A stretch of DNA of 64,000 bases from Patescibacteria group bacterium (GCA_040384805.1 JAZKIP010000001.1:133864-197863); one strand, 5' to 3'. Counted from the first letter of the stretch, positions 1 through 9,952 are shown. Made by a program: numbers and translations. Notes: generated by a model from the sequence alone, not told the origin.

Positions 1-973
1 CAAGGGCCTTGGTGCCGGCATGAATCCCGAGATCGGCAGACGAGCAGCCGAGGAGACAAAAGCTGAAATCCAGGATGTTATCAAGGGTGCCGATATGGTC
101 TTTATCGCTTGCGGTATGGGAGGAGGCACAGGCACGGGAGCAGCGCCAATCGTCGCTCAGGCCGCCAAAGAACAGGGTATTTTGACAGTCGCGGTCGTTA
201 CGAAACCATTCTCCTTCGAGGGCAATCAGCGCATGAAGCTTGCAGAACAGGGATTAGCCGAGCTTGAACGCGAAGTTGACGCCATCATCGTCATTCCGAA
301 TGATCGTCTTCTCGTTATTTCCGGCAAGGATGTAGGCTTTCGACAGGCATTCGCCATGTGCGACGAGGTTCTTAAGCAAGCCGTTGAAGGAATTTCAGAA
401 TTGATTACGACCCCCGGAATGATCAATGTCGACTTTGCCGATATTAAAGCCGTGATGCATGACGCAGGATCAGCTATTATGGGAATCGGCATTGCTGCAG
501 GCGAAGGCCGTGCTGAAAAGGCCGCTCTTCAGGCGATCAACTCCCCTCTCCTTGATCTTTCGATCTCAGGCGCTCGAGGAGTCCTCTTTGCCATCTCGGG
601 TGGCGATGATCTGACGATTCATGAAATCCAGGAAGCTGCGCGCATTATCACCGAATCGATCGACAAGGATGCCAAAGTCATATTCGGAACGATCAAAGAT
701 GAGAAGCTTAAAAAAGGAGAGATGAAAGTAACAGTTATCGCTACAGGTTTCCCAACCGATATGCCGAAGAGATCCCTTTTCCAAAGCACTCAGAAATCCG
801 ATCAAACGGTTGCAAACTCGACAAAAGAAGACATTCTACAGGCAGCAACAGGCAGCAAGGATTCCTCAAATGACTATATAAAGAAATCGGACAAGGAAAA
901 AGATGATGATCTTTTCATTGACGATACTGATGACTGGAGCACAGTTCCGGCATTCCTGCGAAGAAAGAAGTAG
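1..973 (+). CDS. ftsZ: Cell division protein FtsZ (5' part lies outside the window)
   Basis: GGGTGTG tubulin signature, INVDFAD, C-terminal VPAFLRRKK. Confidence 0.98.
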   Translation, partial: KGLGAGMNPEIGRRAAEETKAEIQDVIKGADMVFIACGMGGGTGTGAAPIVAQAAKEQGILTVAVVTKPFSFEGNQRMKLAEQGLAELEREVDAIIVIPNDRLLVISGKDVGFRQAFAMCDEVLKQAVEGISELITTPGMINVDFADIKAVMHDAGSAIMGIGIAAGEGRAEKAALQAINSPLLDLSISGARGVLFAISGGDDLTIHEIQEAARIITESIDKDAKVIFGTIKDEKLKKGEMKVTVIATGFPTDMPKRSLFQSTQKSDQTVANSTKEDILQAATGSKDSSNDYIKKSDKEKDDDLFIDDTDDWSTVPAFLRRKK

Positions 974-980
974 CTAACAT

Positions 981-1014
981 ACCAAAAACCGCGCAGGAAT
1001 GCGCGGTTTTTGGT
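981..1014. terminator. Intrinsic terminator after ftsZ
   Basis: ACCAAAAACCGCGCA-gga-aTGCGCGGTTTTTGGT inverted repeat with T-tract. Confidence 0.75.
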
Positions 1015-1056
1015 ATGTTATTCTTCCTAATATTCATATATGATATAATACGCTTT

Positions 1057-2001
1057 ATGTACGATTTAATCATCTTGGGAGGAGGACCGGCAGGCGCTGC
1101 AGGCGCTGTGTATAGTGCCCGCAAACAGCTTAAAACAGCGCTTATTACGCCTGAATTTGGAGGCCAATCAATAGTCTCGGAACTTATTTATAACTGGATT
1201 GGAACACCAGAAATATCAGGAGCCGATCTTGGAGCTAACTTAAAAAAACATGTTCTTTATTACAAAGGGCCCTTTTTGGATGTTATCGAACATGAACAAG
1301 TAATTAAAGTGGAAAAAACCGAGAATATAACAGTAATGACTGACCACGGAAATACTTATGAAACAAAAGCCCTTCTTGTGGCCACAGGCTCAGGCAGACG
1401 CAAGCTTGAAGCCATTAACGCTGATACATTTGAGCATAAGGGTATTACCTATTGCGCATCGTGCGATGGTCCCCTTTTTGCCGATCAGGATGTTATTGTT
1501 ATCGGCGGAGGCAATGCGGGGTTTGAGTCCGCAGCCCAGCTTCTTGCCTACTGCAAAAGTGTCACACTTGTTCACCGAAGTGCCGAATTCCGAGCTGATG
1601 AAATTACGGTGAAGAAAATCTTTGAGAACCCGAAATTCCGGGCAATTACAAATGCCGACATTACCCGCGTTGACGGCCTGCCTGTGCAGGCAGGTGAACC
1701 TCAATTCGTAAGTTCTCTTACATATAGAGACAAATCGACTGGGCATGAAGTTACTCTTCCGACAGCCGGCATATTCGTTGAGATCGGACAGACGCCAAAT
1801 ACGGATTTCATGAAGGGAGTGGTGGGCATCGACGATTTCAACAAGATCATTGTCGATCCCATGACACAAATGACGAGTGTGCCGGGAATATGGGCGGCCG
1901 GCGATTGTACGAATGGCAAGTATCACCAGAACAATATCGCGGCCGGTGACGCAGTGAAGGCCCTTGAAGACGCGTATCAGTGGATCCATAAGAATGGATA
2001 A
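1057..2001 (+). CDS. trxB: Thioredoxin reductase-like FAD/NAD(P) oxidoreductase
   Basis: GGGPAG, CASCDG redox motif, GGGNAG, AAGD; start placed at MYDLIILG. Confidence 0.9.
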   Translation: MYDLIILGGGPAGAAGAVYSARKQLKTALITPEFGGQSIVSELIYNWIGTPEISGADLGANLKKHVLYYKGPFLDVIEHEQVIKVEKTENITVMTDHGNTYETKALLVATGSGRRKLEAINADTFEHKGITYCASCDGPLFADQDVIVIGGGNAGFESAAQLLAYCKSVTLVHRSAEFRADEITVKKIFENPKFRAITNADITRVDGLPVQAGEPQFVSSLTYRDKSTGHEVTLPTAGIFVEIGQTPNTDFMKGVVGIDDFNKIIVDPMTQMTSVPGIWAAGDCTNGKYHQNNIAAGDAVKALEDAYQWIHKNG

Positions 2002-2007
2002 TAAGAA

Positions 2008-2060
2008 CAAGCGTTAAATATAAATCCCCGCAATTTGCGGGGATTTATATTTAACGCTTG
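2008..2060. terminator. Long perfect palindrome, bidirectional terminator between convergent genes
   Basis: CAAGCGTTAAATATAAATCCCCGCAA-t-TTGCGGGGATTTATATTTAACGCTTG. Confidence 0.75.
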
Positions 2061-2080
2061 CAGTTTCGGATTGTAAAGTA

Positions 2081-2815
2081 TTATAGATTTTCAAGAAGCT
2101 CCAATTGCTCTTTCGTATTGACCCCTAACGCTTCGCGCGGGTCAATAGTGACGGTCGTTATCTTTTGGTTCTCTTTAAAAGCCATGGCCACCAAATCAGT
2201 CAAATAATATTCTTGCTGTGCATTCTCATTCTTTAGATTGTGAAGATGTTTCCACATCCATGATGCATCAAAGCACATATAGGCCGGATTTACTTCCTTG
2301 ATGTCCTTCTCGTAATCCGTTGCATCTTTTGATTCAACGATTTTCACCACTGTATCCTTATCATTCCGAATAAACCGTCCAAATGCGACAAATGCCTCTC
2401 GCCAATCGTTAAAATCAGGAACAACGGCGGTTGCCATGGTGATCGTAGCCTTTTCTTTTTGATGAGTCACAATAAGGTTTTGTATTGTTTCCGCGCTAAT
2501 CAAAGGGTGGTCTGCATATAAAACCAAGATTGATGTTGCCTTTTCTGCAATGTTTTCAGCGCACATAACCGCGTGTCCTGTTCCAAGTTGTTCTTCCTGA
2601 ACCGCATACAAATACCGAGGGCCAAGAGCGCTACGCACAGAGTCTCCTTTTTGACCTATAACGATAATAGGATTGTCGCACATCCCTGATTTCTTTATGG
2701 AATGCAGGACATGCGTAATAAATGGTTTGCCATTGAGAAGCGTGAGGGCTTTCGGAAGTTCTGATTGCATGCGTTTGCCATGGCCGGCGGCAAGAATGAT
2801 GATTTGGGTGTTCAT
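2081..2815 (-). CDS. NTP-transferase, GlmU N-terminal (uridyltransferase) domain only
   Basis: IILAAGHGKRMQSELPK, QLGTGHAV, EYYLTD; no hexapeptide acetyltransferase domain. Confidence 0.85.
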   Translation of the reverse strand: MNTQIIILAAGHGKRMQSELPKALTLLNGKPFITHVLHSIKKSGMCDNPIIVIGQKGDSVRSALGPRYLYAVQEEQLGTGHAVMCAENIAEKATSILVLYADHPLISAETIQNLIVTHQKEKATITMATAVVPDFNDWREAFVAFGRFIRNDKDTVVKIVESKDATDYEKDIKEVNPAYMCFDASWMWKHLHNLKNENAQQEYYLTDLVAMAFKENQKITTVTIDPREALGVNTKEQLELLENL

Positions 2816-2941
2816 GGGGAAATATAATTAAATTAAGGAGATTTTGTGGTCAGGCGTAATTTTCTGCTGAAAATTCGCACGACTCTGGCTCCTCCGACCA
2901 AGATCGGAGTCCGGCTCGCACAAAAGTTCCCCGAACTTTTG

Positions 2942-3014
2942 TGCGCGATAGAGGAGTCGAACCTCTGACCTACCCCACGTCAAGGGGTCGCTCTACCAAC
3001 TGAGCTAACCGCGC
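2942..3014 (-). tRNA. tRNA-Val(GAC)
   Basis: GCGCGGTTAGCTCAGTTGGTAGAGC...ACCCC-TT-GAC-GT-GGGGT...GGTTCGACTCC cloverleaf. Confidence 0.93.
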
Positions 3015-3064
3015 AAATAAATTCTATAAATAGACTGCCGTTTTTTTCGTGATCCCGTACGAAG

Positions 3065-3151
3065 CGGAGGGTACAGGATTTGAACCTGTGATCCCCTTAC
3101 GGAGATTCCGCTTTTCGAAAGCGGTGCATTCAACCTCTCTGCCAACCCTCC
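3065..3151 (-). tRNA. tRNA-Ser(CGA)
   Basis: GGAGGGTTGGCAGAGAGG...CCGCT-TT-CGA-AA-AGCGG, long variable arm, GGTTCAAATCC. Confidence 0.92.
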
Positions 3152-3164
3152 GCTTCGTACGGGA

Positions 3165-3199
3165 CGAGACGGTGCCTTCAACCACTCACCCACCCTTCC
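3165..3199 (-). pseudogene. 5' half of a second tRNA-Ser-like gene
   Basis: GGAAGGGTGGGTGAGTGGTTGAAGGCACCGTCTCG has an acceptor 5' strand, D-arm and anticodon-stem start; no T-arm found. Confidence 0.55.
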
Positions 3200-3687
3200 A
3201 ATAGGTTGGAAGGGAATCTCGGCTACCGCCGCAAGTGCTTTTCCATCTCCGATAAGGAAAAGCCTTTCGATTTCCCAACGCACGCAAAGCAGGAACCGGT
3301 CATGTATAATTTTCTACTGAAAATTTGCGCGACCCCGCCTCGGCCCGTCGGCCTGTGGCTTTCGATTCTTCCCAAACGTGATTCCCATCACGTTTGGGAA
3401 TCACAAATTCGCTTAAAGCGAATTTGTGACCCTATAACCTGGATTTCCGAACTACCCTCCCTCTATCACCAGATCATCCAGAGTATACAAGATTTAGAGG
3501 CTTTTTTCAAGAAGAGCAAAAGAGCTCCAGATCCATAGCAAGCGTGTGTATTTTGCCCTACCTGATTATCATTTTTATGGTTCGCTATATTGATTTATAT
3601 GAAAGACATCATTACAAAATACCCCAATACATTACGGGAACATCGAATCAAACATCGCTTAACACAAAAGCAGATAGAGCGGTATTG

Positions 3688-4098
3688 TCATTCTTGAAAA
3701 AGGTAGAACTTCTTGTTTTTCTTCTCAAATTTCACCTTAAACTTTTCAAAAAAATCTTTCTGACCTAGTAAAGCCCCAAAGCGCATGTCAGGAACAAAAA
3801 TGACATCCATTTCTAAGAAATCTTTGAATCCCTCTACTTTAATATTGACAGTCGAAGTAAAAGAATCTATTCCTTTATCAGCAATTCCGGAAACTTTTAC
3901 TTTCTTGCATTTACTTATATCTATTCTTAAAGCGTCTGCTATTTCAGCATTGATAAGAGTCGTATCACATCCCGAATCTATCAAGCCAATACAAGAAAAA
4001 TGTTCTTCGTTGTGAGAAAGCTCTAATCCGATGATAGGACGATACATGATATGATCTCCCGACCATTCATTTGAATAACTGTATTCTTTCCATGCCAT
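3688..4098 (-). CDS. Retropepsin-like aspartic protease
   Basis: LIDSG catalytic motif, ALLGQKDFF C-terminal motif. Confidence 0.8.
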   Translation of the reverse strand: MAWKEYSYSNEWSGDHIMYRPIIGLELSHNEEHFSCIGLIDSGCDTTLINAEIADALRIDISKCKKVKVSGIADKGIDSFTSTVNIKVEGFKDFLEMDVIFVPDMRFGALLGQKDFFEKFKVKFEKKNKKFYLFQE

Positions 4099-4104
4099 AG
4101 ATGT

Positions 4105-4293
4105 TTAGAAAGCAAATGAAATATCCTTTGGGAGAACTTTCATGTAGACAGCATTCGTTGTTCCTACTTTTTTCTTAAGTTGTACCAGACTATCCGAAGA
4201 AGCAAGAACTTTATCCCGGTTTGATGACAAAGCGACCCACTTGTTTTCGTGGCTCTTTGTTAGAATTTTGCTGAAATTAGTGTTCTTTTTCAT
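4105..4293 (-). CDS. Small protein (DUF5678-like) paired with the aspartic protease
   Basis: ENKWVALS motif; such small ORFs commonly precede retropepsin-like genes. Confidence 0.55.
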   Translation of the reverse strand: MKKNTNFSKILTKSHENKWVALSSNRDKVLASSDSLVQLKKKVGTTNAVYMKVLPKDISFAF

Positions 4294-4368
4294 AACTATA
4301 TTATATCTCATTGTCATTAAAATTCCAACACTGCGATATATGTTTGTTTTAAAGTCAATATCTTACAA

Positions 4369-5490
4369 TTATGATATTTCTTTGGATTTCATCTGAATAA
4401 AATTGATTCCATTTTCAGTAATTAAAAATGCACGGTCAGCATGGCACCACCGGAACTGTACTGTATTTGGAGACTGTAGAACTGGAATCGAAGGGTGTAC
4501 ATTATGCCCTGATATCTCGCGAAAACTTGAAACATCTTTCCAATTTTCTTCTTCTAAAAAGGCGTTAATTTGTGATATATCTTCATTAAGTACTTTTATG
4601 GCAGTGATTTCGTCTGGTTGCATTTTAACTACTTCCAATCGATCTTCAAAAATTTTCTTTACATCTTTAAGGTACTTTACAAATCCTTTGTTTTTTAAAT
4701 TGAAAGAAAAAGTACTTTTTTCATAAGTATAATCTCTCGATAGTCCTGCATCCTCCTCTGGAAAATCCAATACACTTAATCCTTCAATACTACGCTCTGA
4801 ACTTCCAATAGGTTTAACATCACTAGAAGCGCTCAGGATATCAAAAATCTTACTCATCTGTTCTTTTGAAACTACATTTTCGCTGATCAATTTTTCTATG
4901 GTTTTTCCAGCCAGGACACTTGAAGGCAGTAAGCCTCTACGAATTCTAAATCTTTCATATCCAGGGATGACATTTGCCAAATCAATAGGCTTCTTTGTTT
5001 TTGCATCATAAAATGAATATAAATAGGTTGCACCTCCAGTAGGTTTTCTTTCTAATAAAGTAGTTTTAAAATCAAAAATTTTTTGTTTTAACATTCCTCC
5101 TTTTATAAAAAGTTCATTACTATTAGCAGTAAAACGATCAACTCCATCAAAAATATGAGCGAAGGAATGACCATCTATCATTTTCGAAAAATGTAATTTC
5201 TCCATTATAGAATTTAGTTTCTTTTGAAAATCATAATTTTGATACATTTTCTGGTTATATGACAATCTAGAATCTACCCCAGGAATAATTTTTGATAATT
5301 CCTCCCATGAGATCTTGAAGCGCGTATACCCTTCCACACCACCTGTTTCTTTTATGAATTGTTCATCAAAATCAACAATGTGTTTTTCAACGCTTATTTT
5401 TATATCGAGAACCTCCAAATCAAAATTTCCACGAATTGATTGCTCGTTTTTTTCAACAACTTTTTGAGAAAAGGGATTTTGTTTTTCCAT
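4369..5490 (-). CDS. Hypothetical protein
   Basis: 373-aa AT-rich ORF directly downstream of tRNA-Glu. Confidence 0.75.
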   Translation of the reverse strand: MEKQNPFSQKVVEKNEQSIRGNFDLEVLDIKISVEKHIVDFDEQFIKETGGVEGYTRFKISWEELSKIIPGVDSRLSYNQKMYQNYDFQKKLNSIMEKLHFSKMIDGHSFAHIFDGVDRFTANSNELFIKGGMLKQKIFDFKTTLLERKPTGGATYLYSFYDAKTKKPIDLANVIPGYERFRIRRGLLPSSVLAGKTIEKLISENVVSKEQMSKIFDILSASSDVKPIGSSERSIEGLSVLDFPEEDAGLSRDYTYEKSTFSFNLKNKGFVKYLKDVKKIFEDRLEVVKMQPDEITAIKVLNEDISQINAFLEEENWKDVSSFREISGHNVHPSIPVLQSPNTVQFRWCHADRAFLITENGINFIQMKSKEIS

Positions 5491-5505
5491 AAGCTTAAAA
5501 ATCTG

Positions 5506-5577
5506 TGACCCTACGGGGAATCGAACCCCGATTACCGGCTTGAAAAGCCGATGTCCTAACCGTTAGACGATAGGGCC
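5506..5577 (-). tRNA. tRNA-Glu(TTC)
   Basis: GGCCCTATCGTCTAACGGTTAGGAC-A-TCGGC-TT-TTC-AA-GCCGG...GGTTCGATTCC. Confidence 0.94.
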
Positions 5578-5756
5578 AAATATGTAATTATTCTTACGTT
5601 CTTCTGGAATTACCCGATTACCAGTTCATGAAGCTGACATCCGCTATGGTCTTAATCTGGTTAAATATAAGGCCATAATGCTAGAGAGTATAGCATTTTT
5701 ACTTAAAAAGGCAATGATTTTAGTAAATTAAGCCTTGTAAAACAAGCTTATTTAGC

Positions 5757-5888
5757 TTGACAGATCTATACAAATATGCTATTATATAAATATATATCTC
5801 GTTCTTTGACAAGAAATTGTTAGAAAAAGCAAAGTATTCAAACTCTTGAATTTTTTGCTTTTTCTAACAATTAAATAAACCCACAAAC
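5757..5888 (+). promoter_or_regulatory. Promoter, boxA-like GTTCTTTGA and long-hairpin leader
   Basis: TTGACA at 5757; GTTCTTTGA at 5801; AATTGTTAGAAAAAGCAAA/TTTGCTTTTTCTAACAATT stem; same layout at 34341 and 36143. Confidence 0.55.
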
Positions 5889-6356
5889 ATGGCACATAAC
5901 TCTAAACCAGCGTCACCCCACGCCGCTCATCATGAACCTGACCCTGATCTGGTACCCCAAGTAACGGGATCCCAATCATGGGGAGTCATAGCAATTATTA
6001 TTGTTATCATAACGATAGCATTGATAACAACGGCTCTCTGGAGTAAATTTTCCGCAAAAACGTACTCCATGCAGGATGTCCAGTATGGGCAAGTTCTCAC
6101 GATCACCATTAAACCAAACAAGAGAGTCATTGTTGACGTAACACCTCGCGACTGGTGTCCGTTCTATTCGAACGGCACTCTACATGTCTATGACAGCAAC
6201 GACAACGAAAGGACACTTGAAGGAGACTCTTTTACAAGCGGCCGAGCCGTAAGCAAAGGATCTTTCACGTATGTCTTCAAGAACAAGCAAAAAAAATCAA
6301 TCACCCTCAAAGTAGGAAGATGCCGCTCGCAACAGAAGTGCAACATCCAATTTTGA
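5889..6356 (+). CDS. Hypothetical membrane-anchored protein
   Basis: Single N-terminal hydrophobic helix. Confidence 0.7.
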   Translation: MAHNSKPASPHAAHHEPDPDLVPQVTGSQSWGVIAIIIVIITIALITTALWSKFSAKTYSMQDVQYGQVLTITIKPNKRVIVDVTPRDWCPFYSNGTLHVYDSNDNERTLEGDSFTSGRAVSKGSFTYVFKNKQKKSITLKVGRCRSQQKCNIQF

Positions 6357-6370
6357 AAAAACCCAAAACC

Positions 6371-7360
6371 ATGGCAACATTTATTGTAAATCTGTGGATT
6401 ATGCTGGGAGCATTGGCATTAATGGCGATTTTGAAATTTTTATTGCCCAAACTCTCCTATACCCTCAGAACCTCTCTGATTATTTCTTTTTTTCTTGTGA
6501 TTATTTTTCTGTACCAGATTGTCATCCTAATTCGCGATGACGCGACCTTTTGGTCGGTATTCTGGCCAGTGTTTCATCTGGGTGTTACAACCCTGTTCAT
6601 CTATCGGGGAGGCGTCGGACTTGCGTATAAGACAAGCACAATCGTCTTCTCAAAAGTTAACGGGGAGCCGGTTGGAGTCATCGGTGCCGGATCAATGAAC
6701 TGGAGAGATCCTTTTCTTGAAGAGGTAGGAAAAACCTTAAGCTTAAAAGAAATACTTATTGAGATACCTGAAACTCCTGAATTGCAAACAGCGAGCCGGG
6801 GTATTAAAGCTAAAATAAAAGAAATAAGTGCCACTTTACAGCTTATCGGTGACATCAGAAGTGTTTTCAAGATTGAAGGAGACTTTAAAACCATCAAGAA
6901 AAGAATTCAGTCATTCATCGATGAATTCTTTATCCATGAGGTCGGTGCCCTTACTCCGGAAAATCTGGATAAGGACAAAAAAGATACAATCCATACAATG
7001 GTCAAGAAACTCAAGCGTGAAACCAATGAATTTTGCCGCCACAGAAATTACCCGTACAGACTGACGGATGTTCTGATCGGAGACACTGAATTGGAAAAGG
7101 TATATTACGAAGCCTTGGCTGATATAATCCTAACTACCTTGAGAGAAGAGGCTAAGATGGTAAGCGCAGAAGGACACAAAGCTCGGATCCTAATGTTAGG
7201 AGGCGCCATTATGCCAAACGGAACCGAAGCAGAGAAAGTGACGGCCGCTCAAGTCACACTGGATATCGTGAAAAGAGACATCCAGGAAAAGAAATTTTCC
7301 TTGGATGATGATCTCCGGAAGCTTGTAAAAGAGGTAGTCGAGATCTTAAAAAGAAGATGA
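6371..7360 (+). CDS. Membrane protein, possibly SPFH/band-7-like
   Basis: Three TM helices followed by a soluble alpha/beta and coiled region; followed by a terminator near 7386-7420. Confidence 0.55.
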   Translation: MATFIVNLWIMLGALALMAILKFLLPKLSYTLRTSLIISFFLVIIFLYQIVILIRDDATFWSVFWPVFHLGVTTLFIYRGGVGLAYKTSTIVFSKVNGEPVGVIGAGSMNWRDPFLEEVGKTLSLKEILIEIPETPELQTASRGIKAKIKEISATLQLIGDIRSVFKIEGDFKTIKKRIQSFIDEFFIHEVGALTPENLDKDKKDTIHTMVKKLKRETNEFCRHRNYPYRLTDVLIGDTELEKVYYEALADIILTTLREEAKMVSAEGHKARILMLGGAIMPNGTEAEKVTAAQVTLDIVKRDIQEKKFSLDDDLRKLVKEVVEILKRR

Positions 7361-7426
7361 TCAAATAAGTGAATCAAACAAAACCAAAACGCCCCGACAG
7401 TTAGTCGTGGCGTTTTTTATTTTTGG

Positions 7427-8473
7427 CTAACGGGCTTCGATAGCGATCCAGTAATCATAGTTCCCTGCCGGAGTCGTCGGCGGGAAATACGTTTCTTCCA
7501 AGTAGGTTACATTCCCAATATTCGCAAAATCATTCAATCCCTTCTGCCGAGCGATCTCGATAAGGGCATTCTTAAGAGCGATCGCGCGCGCATCAACAAG
7601 CTTTTTGGCGACGCCGGAATCAACCGCGCGATAAGCCGAGGCTGTCGTCACGTATCTGCCGATAAGGGCGCTCGGCTTACTGCTCCGGAATGTAGGCGCC
7701 GGAAGAAGGGTGCAATCCTCTCTCGTTCCACTTCCAATCGGAGCGCGCGCATCCCACCAGACATAATAATATTTCGCATCCTTGTCATAGAGGGTTCGTG
7801 TCGCATAGGGCACGGGATACTCCTTGTCTATTTGGTCATCGCGCAGGCCCGTGTCCTGAAGCAGCCGCGCTCGGGCGATGGAAGCGATGGAATTAAGAGC
7901 CTTATATTCCGAAACATCGCGCACATAGACGTCCTTATGCCAGCACACGGAAGGATTATCGATATATTTTATGAAAGGACTTTGCGTGTAATTGCCGTTT
8001 GCCGCGACAGTCGAGGGATCGAATGCCTGATCCGGAGAACCGAGATCAACCATAGAACCGATATCGAGAGAATTCGTGTTTACTTCTCCGGAATCACCAA
8101 GATTTCCCTGTTGGTTATTGGCCGCTTGGTTCGGATTTTGCGTATTGACTGCGGTATTGTTGACTTCATAGTCGCCGCTATCTTGGATTTTGATCTTGTC
8201 TTCACCGACAGTACCGAGGATGAGCCTCATAATGCCGAATACGGCAACCATGATAAACAACCCGACAATCCCCCAGATCATGACTGATTTGCTCTTCTTG
8301 CGGACTTCCTCGTTGTTGGGAGAAAGCAAATATTGAGCGACCCCATAGAGAAAGTAAGCCATCGCACATCCGAACAAGAAGAATATAATAGGGTTAATAA
8401 TAACCCTATTGATACTCTGCATGAATGTTACAACGCTTGCGTCTGCAACATTGATGATGTGGAAATCAAACAT
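7427..8473 (-). CDS. VirB2/TrbC-like pilin domain with a long C-terminal extension
   Basis: Two TM helices with EEVRKKSKSVMIWGIVGLFIMVAVFGI pilin-like motif. Confidence 0.7.
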   Translation of the reverse strand: MFDFHIINVADASVVTFMQSINRVIINPIIFFLFGCAMAYFLYGVAQYLLSPNNEEVRKKSKSVMIWGIVGLFIMVAVFGIMRLILGTVGEDKIKIQDSGDYEVNNTAVNTQNPNQAANNQQGNLGDSGEVNTNSLDIGSMVDLGSPDQAFDPSTVAANGNYTQSPFIKYIDNPSVCWHKDVYVRDVSEYKALNSIASIARARLLQDTGLRDDQIDKEYPVPYATRTLYDKDAKYYYVWWDARAPIGSGTREDCTLLPAPTFRSSKPSALIGRYVTTASAYRAVDSGVAKKLVDARAIALKNALIEIARQKGLNDFANIGNVTYLEETYFPPTTPAGNYDYWIAIEAR

Positions 8474-8485
8474 GACAACGCGTGC

Positions 8486-8851
8486 TTACGGACAGACGAT
8501 ACCCAAGTTGGCATTAGGAATACATGGAATCGAGCTTTCATTAAGCGCTGTCGGGCCGACACCGAATGTCGCCGTAATAACCTTGATAATGCCCCAGAAC
8601 GCAACGATAACGAAAAGGCCGATGAGCCCCTGGATGATTTTTCCGCGAGCTCCTTTTTTCGCTTCTTCGTCTGCTGAGACAGTGTACTGGATGATTCCCC
8701 AGATAAACCACACAACCGCGAGCGTGATCAAAACAGGAATGATAACATTGAGGATTCTCTGTATCGTCAAGATGATATCAAACGCGTCAGCTGCAAACAC
8801 AGAAACCGGAAAACTTCCAAGCACAGCCCCGAACCCGATAATTTTTTTCAT
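8486..8851 (-). CDS. VirB2/TrbC-like pilin (CPR type)
   Basis: Signal peptide plus EEAKKGARGKIIQGLIGLFVIVAFWGI. Confidence 0.75.
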   Translation of the reverse strand: MKKIIGFGAVLGSFPVSVFAADAFDIILTIQRILNVIIPVLITLAVVWFIWGIIQYTVSADEEAKKGARGKIIQGLIGLFVIVAFWGIIKVITATFGVGPTALNESSIPCIPNANLGIVCP

Positions 8852-8964
8852 ATAATATATTATATTACTAATGACTAATAATTGTCTTTTCTTGCCTGAG
8901 GCAATACAGAGACTATTGTGTATGGTTTGATTATATCACACAAACCAGCAAAAAATGCAATATC

Positions 8965-9375
8965 CTATTGAGAAAGCTGTGGAACCAAAGTCTTTACCCC
9001 AAACGTATTCGACAGTACCCCAACGACGCCCCACATGCTGATCATAACGAACAGGGCCACGATTCCCCAGATCATGAAGCTTTTGCCCTGTTTCCTTTTC
9101 TCTTCATTGTCGGGATTGAGGAAGTACTGGATCATTCCCCAGATAAAGCCAACAGTCGCCAAGGCGAAAAGAAGCGGGACGATCGATTTGATAAGGAAAC
9201 AGGTCGCCCAATTGAATATTTGCCCGAGCGTCTTAAAGGGCGCTCCGACAGACTTGCACACGTCTACCGCCTGCTGTGCCGTTTCCTGCTGCGTTGGAAC
9301 TCCGTCGATGGCAAATACTGCAAACGGCGCCCATGCTGCGATTAAAAAGCTAAGAATAATGATTTTCCTTTTCAT
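8965..9375 (-). CDS. VirB2/TrbC-like pilin (CPR type)
   Basis: EEKRKQGKSFMIWGIVALFVMISMWGV; start placed at MKRKII. Confidence 0.75.
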   Translation of the reverse strand: MKRKIIILSFLIAAWAPFAVFAIDGVPTQQETAQQAVDVCKSVGAPFKTLGQIFNWATCFLIKSIVPLLFALATVGFIWGMIQYFLNPDNEEKRKQGKSFMIWGIVALFVMISMWGVVGVLSNTFGVKTLVPQLSQ

Positions 9376-9907
9376 AAAAATATGTTGTTTTTTTAATTTC
9401 ATCGACCGTTCCCTTTATTGCTTCCGCTATGACAAGCGACCCCAGGAGCAATGCCGCCCCGATAATCGTATACAAAAGGGTCGCTTTGGCTTTCTTGAGC
9501 TTCTCGGAGTTGCCGGCAGCCGTCACAAACAGGAATCCCGAATAGATGATCGCCAAAGCGACGATCGGTATGCCAATGATAAGAACGATATTTAAGACAG
9601 TGACAATGAAATCAGGAATGTCTTTGATGCCGTTACCAAGGGGATTTTTGATTCCCGTGTTAATCTTAACGCCGTTTACGTTTACATTTTCTGGGTCCGT
9701 ATTGTCGGCGCCAGCTTTCACGCCATCTGTGTTATCAGCACCGGCTTTAACTTGGCAAGGTTGGCCTGTTTGTGTGTCTTTTCCGTTTACACATTCCGCG
9801 TAGACGGAAAATGTCGGAATGATTACCATACATGCAATTGCGATTATAAATCCGCTTTTGAAAATACGTGCTCTCTTATTCTGTCTATTTTTGTTGAAAA
9901 TTTTCAT
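9350..9907 (-). CDS. VirB2/TrbC-like pilin (CPR type)
   Basis: IKNPL...IIYSGFLFVTAAGNSEKLKKAK; internal VKAGADNTD x2. Confidence 0.75.
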   Translation of the reverse strand: MKIFNKNRQNKRARIFKSGFIIAIACMVIIPTFSVYAECVNGKDTQTGQPCQVKAGADNTDGVKAGADNTDPENVNVNGVKINTGIKNPLGNGIKDIPDFIVTVLNIVLIIGIPIVALAIIYSGFLFVTAAGNSEKLKKAKATLLYTIIGAALLLGSLVIAEAIKGTVDEIKKTTYFYEKENHYS

Positions 9908-9952
9908 ATAGTGCTATTAATTGATAATGTCTTGCGCTATTTCTCATAAACG

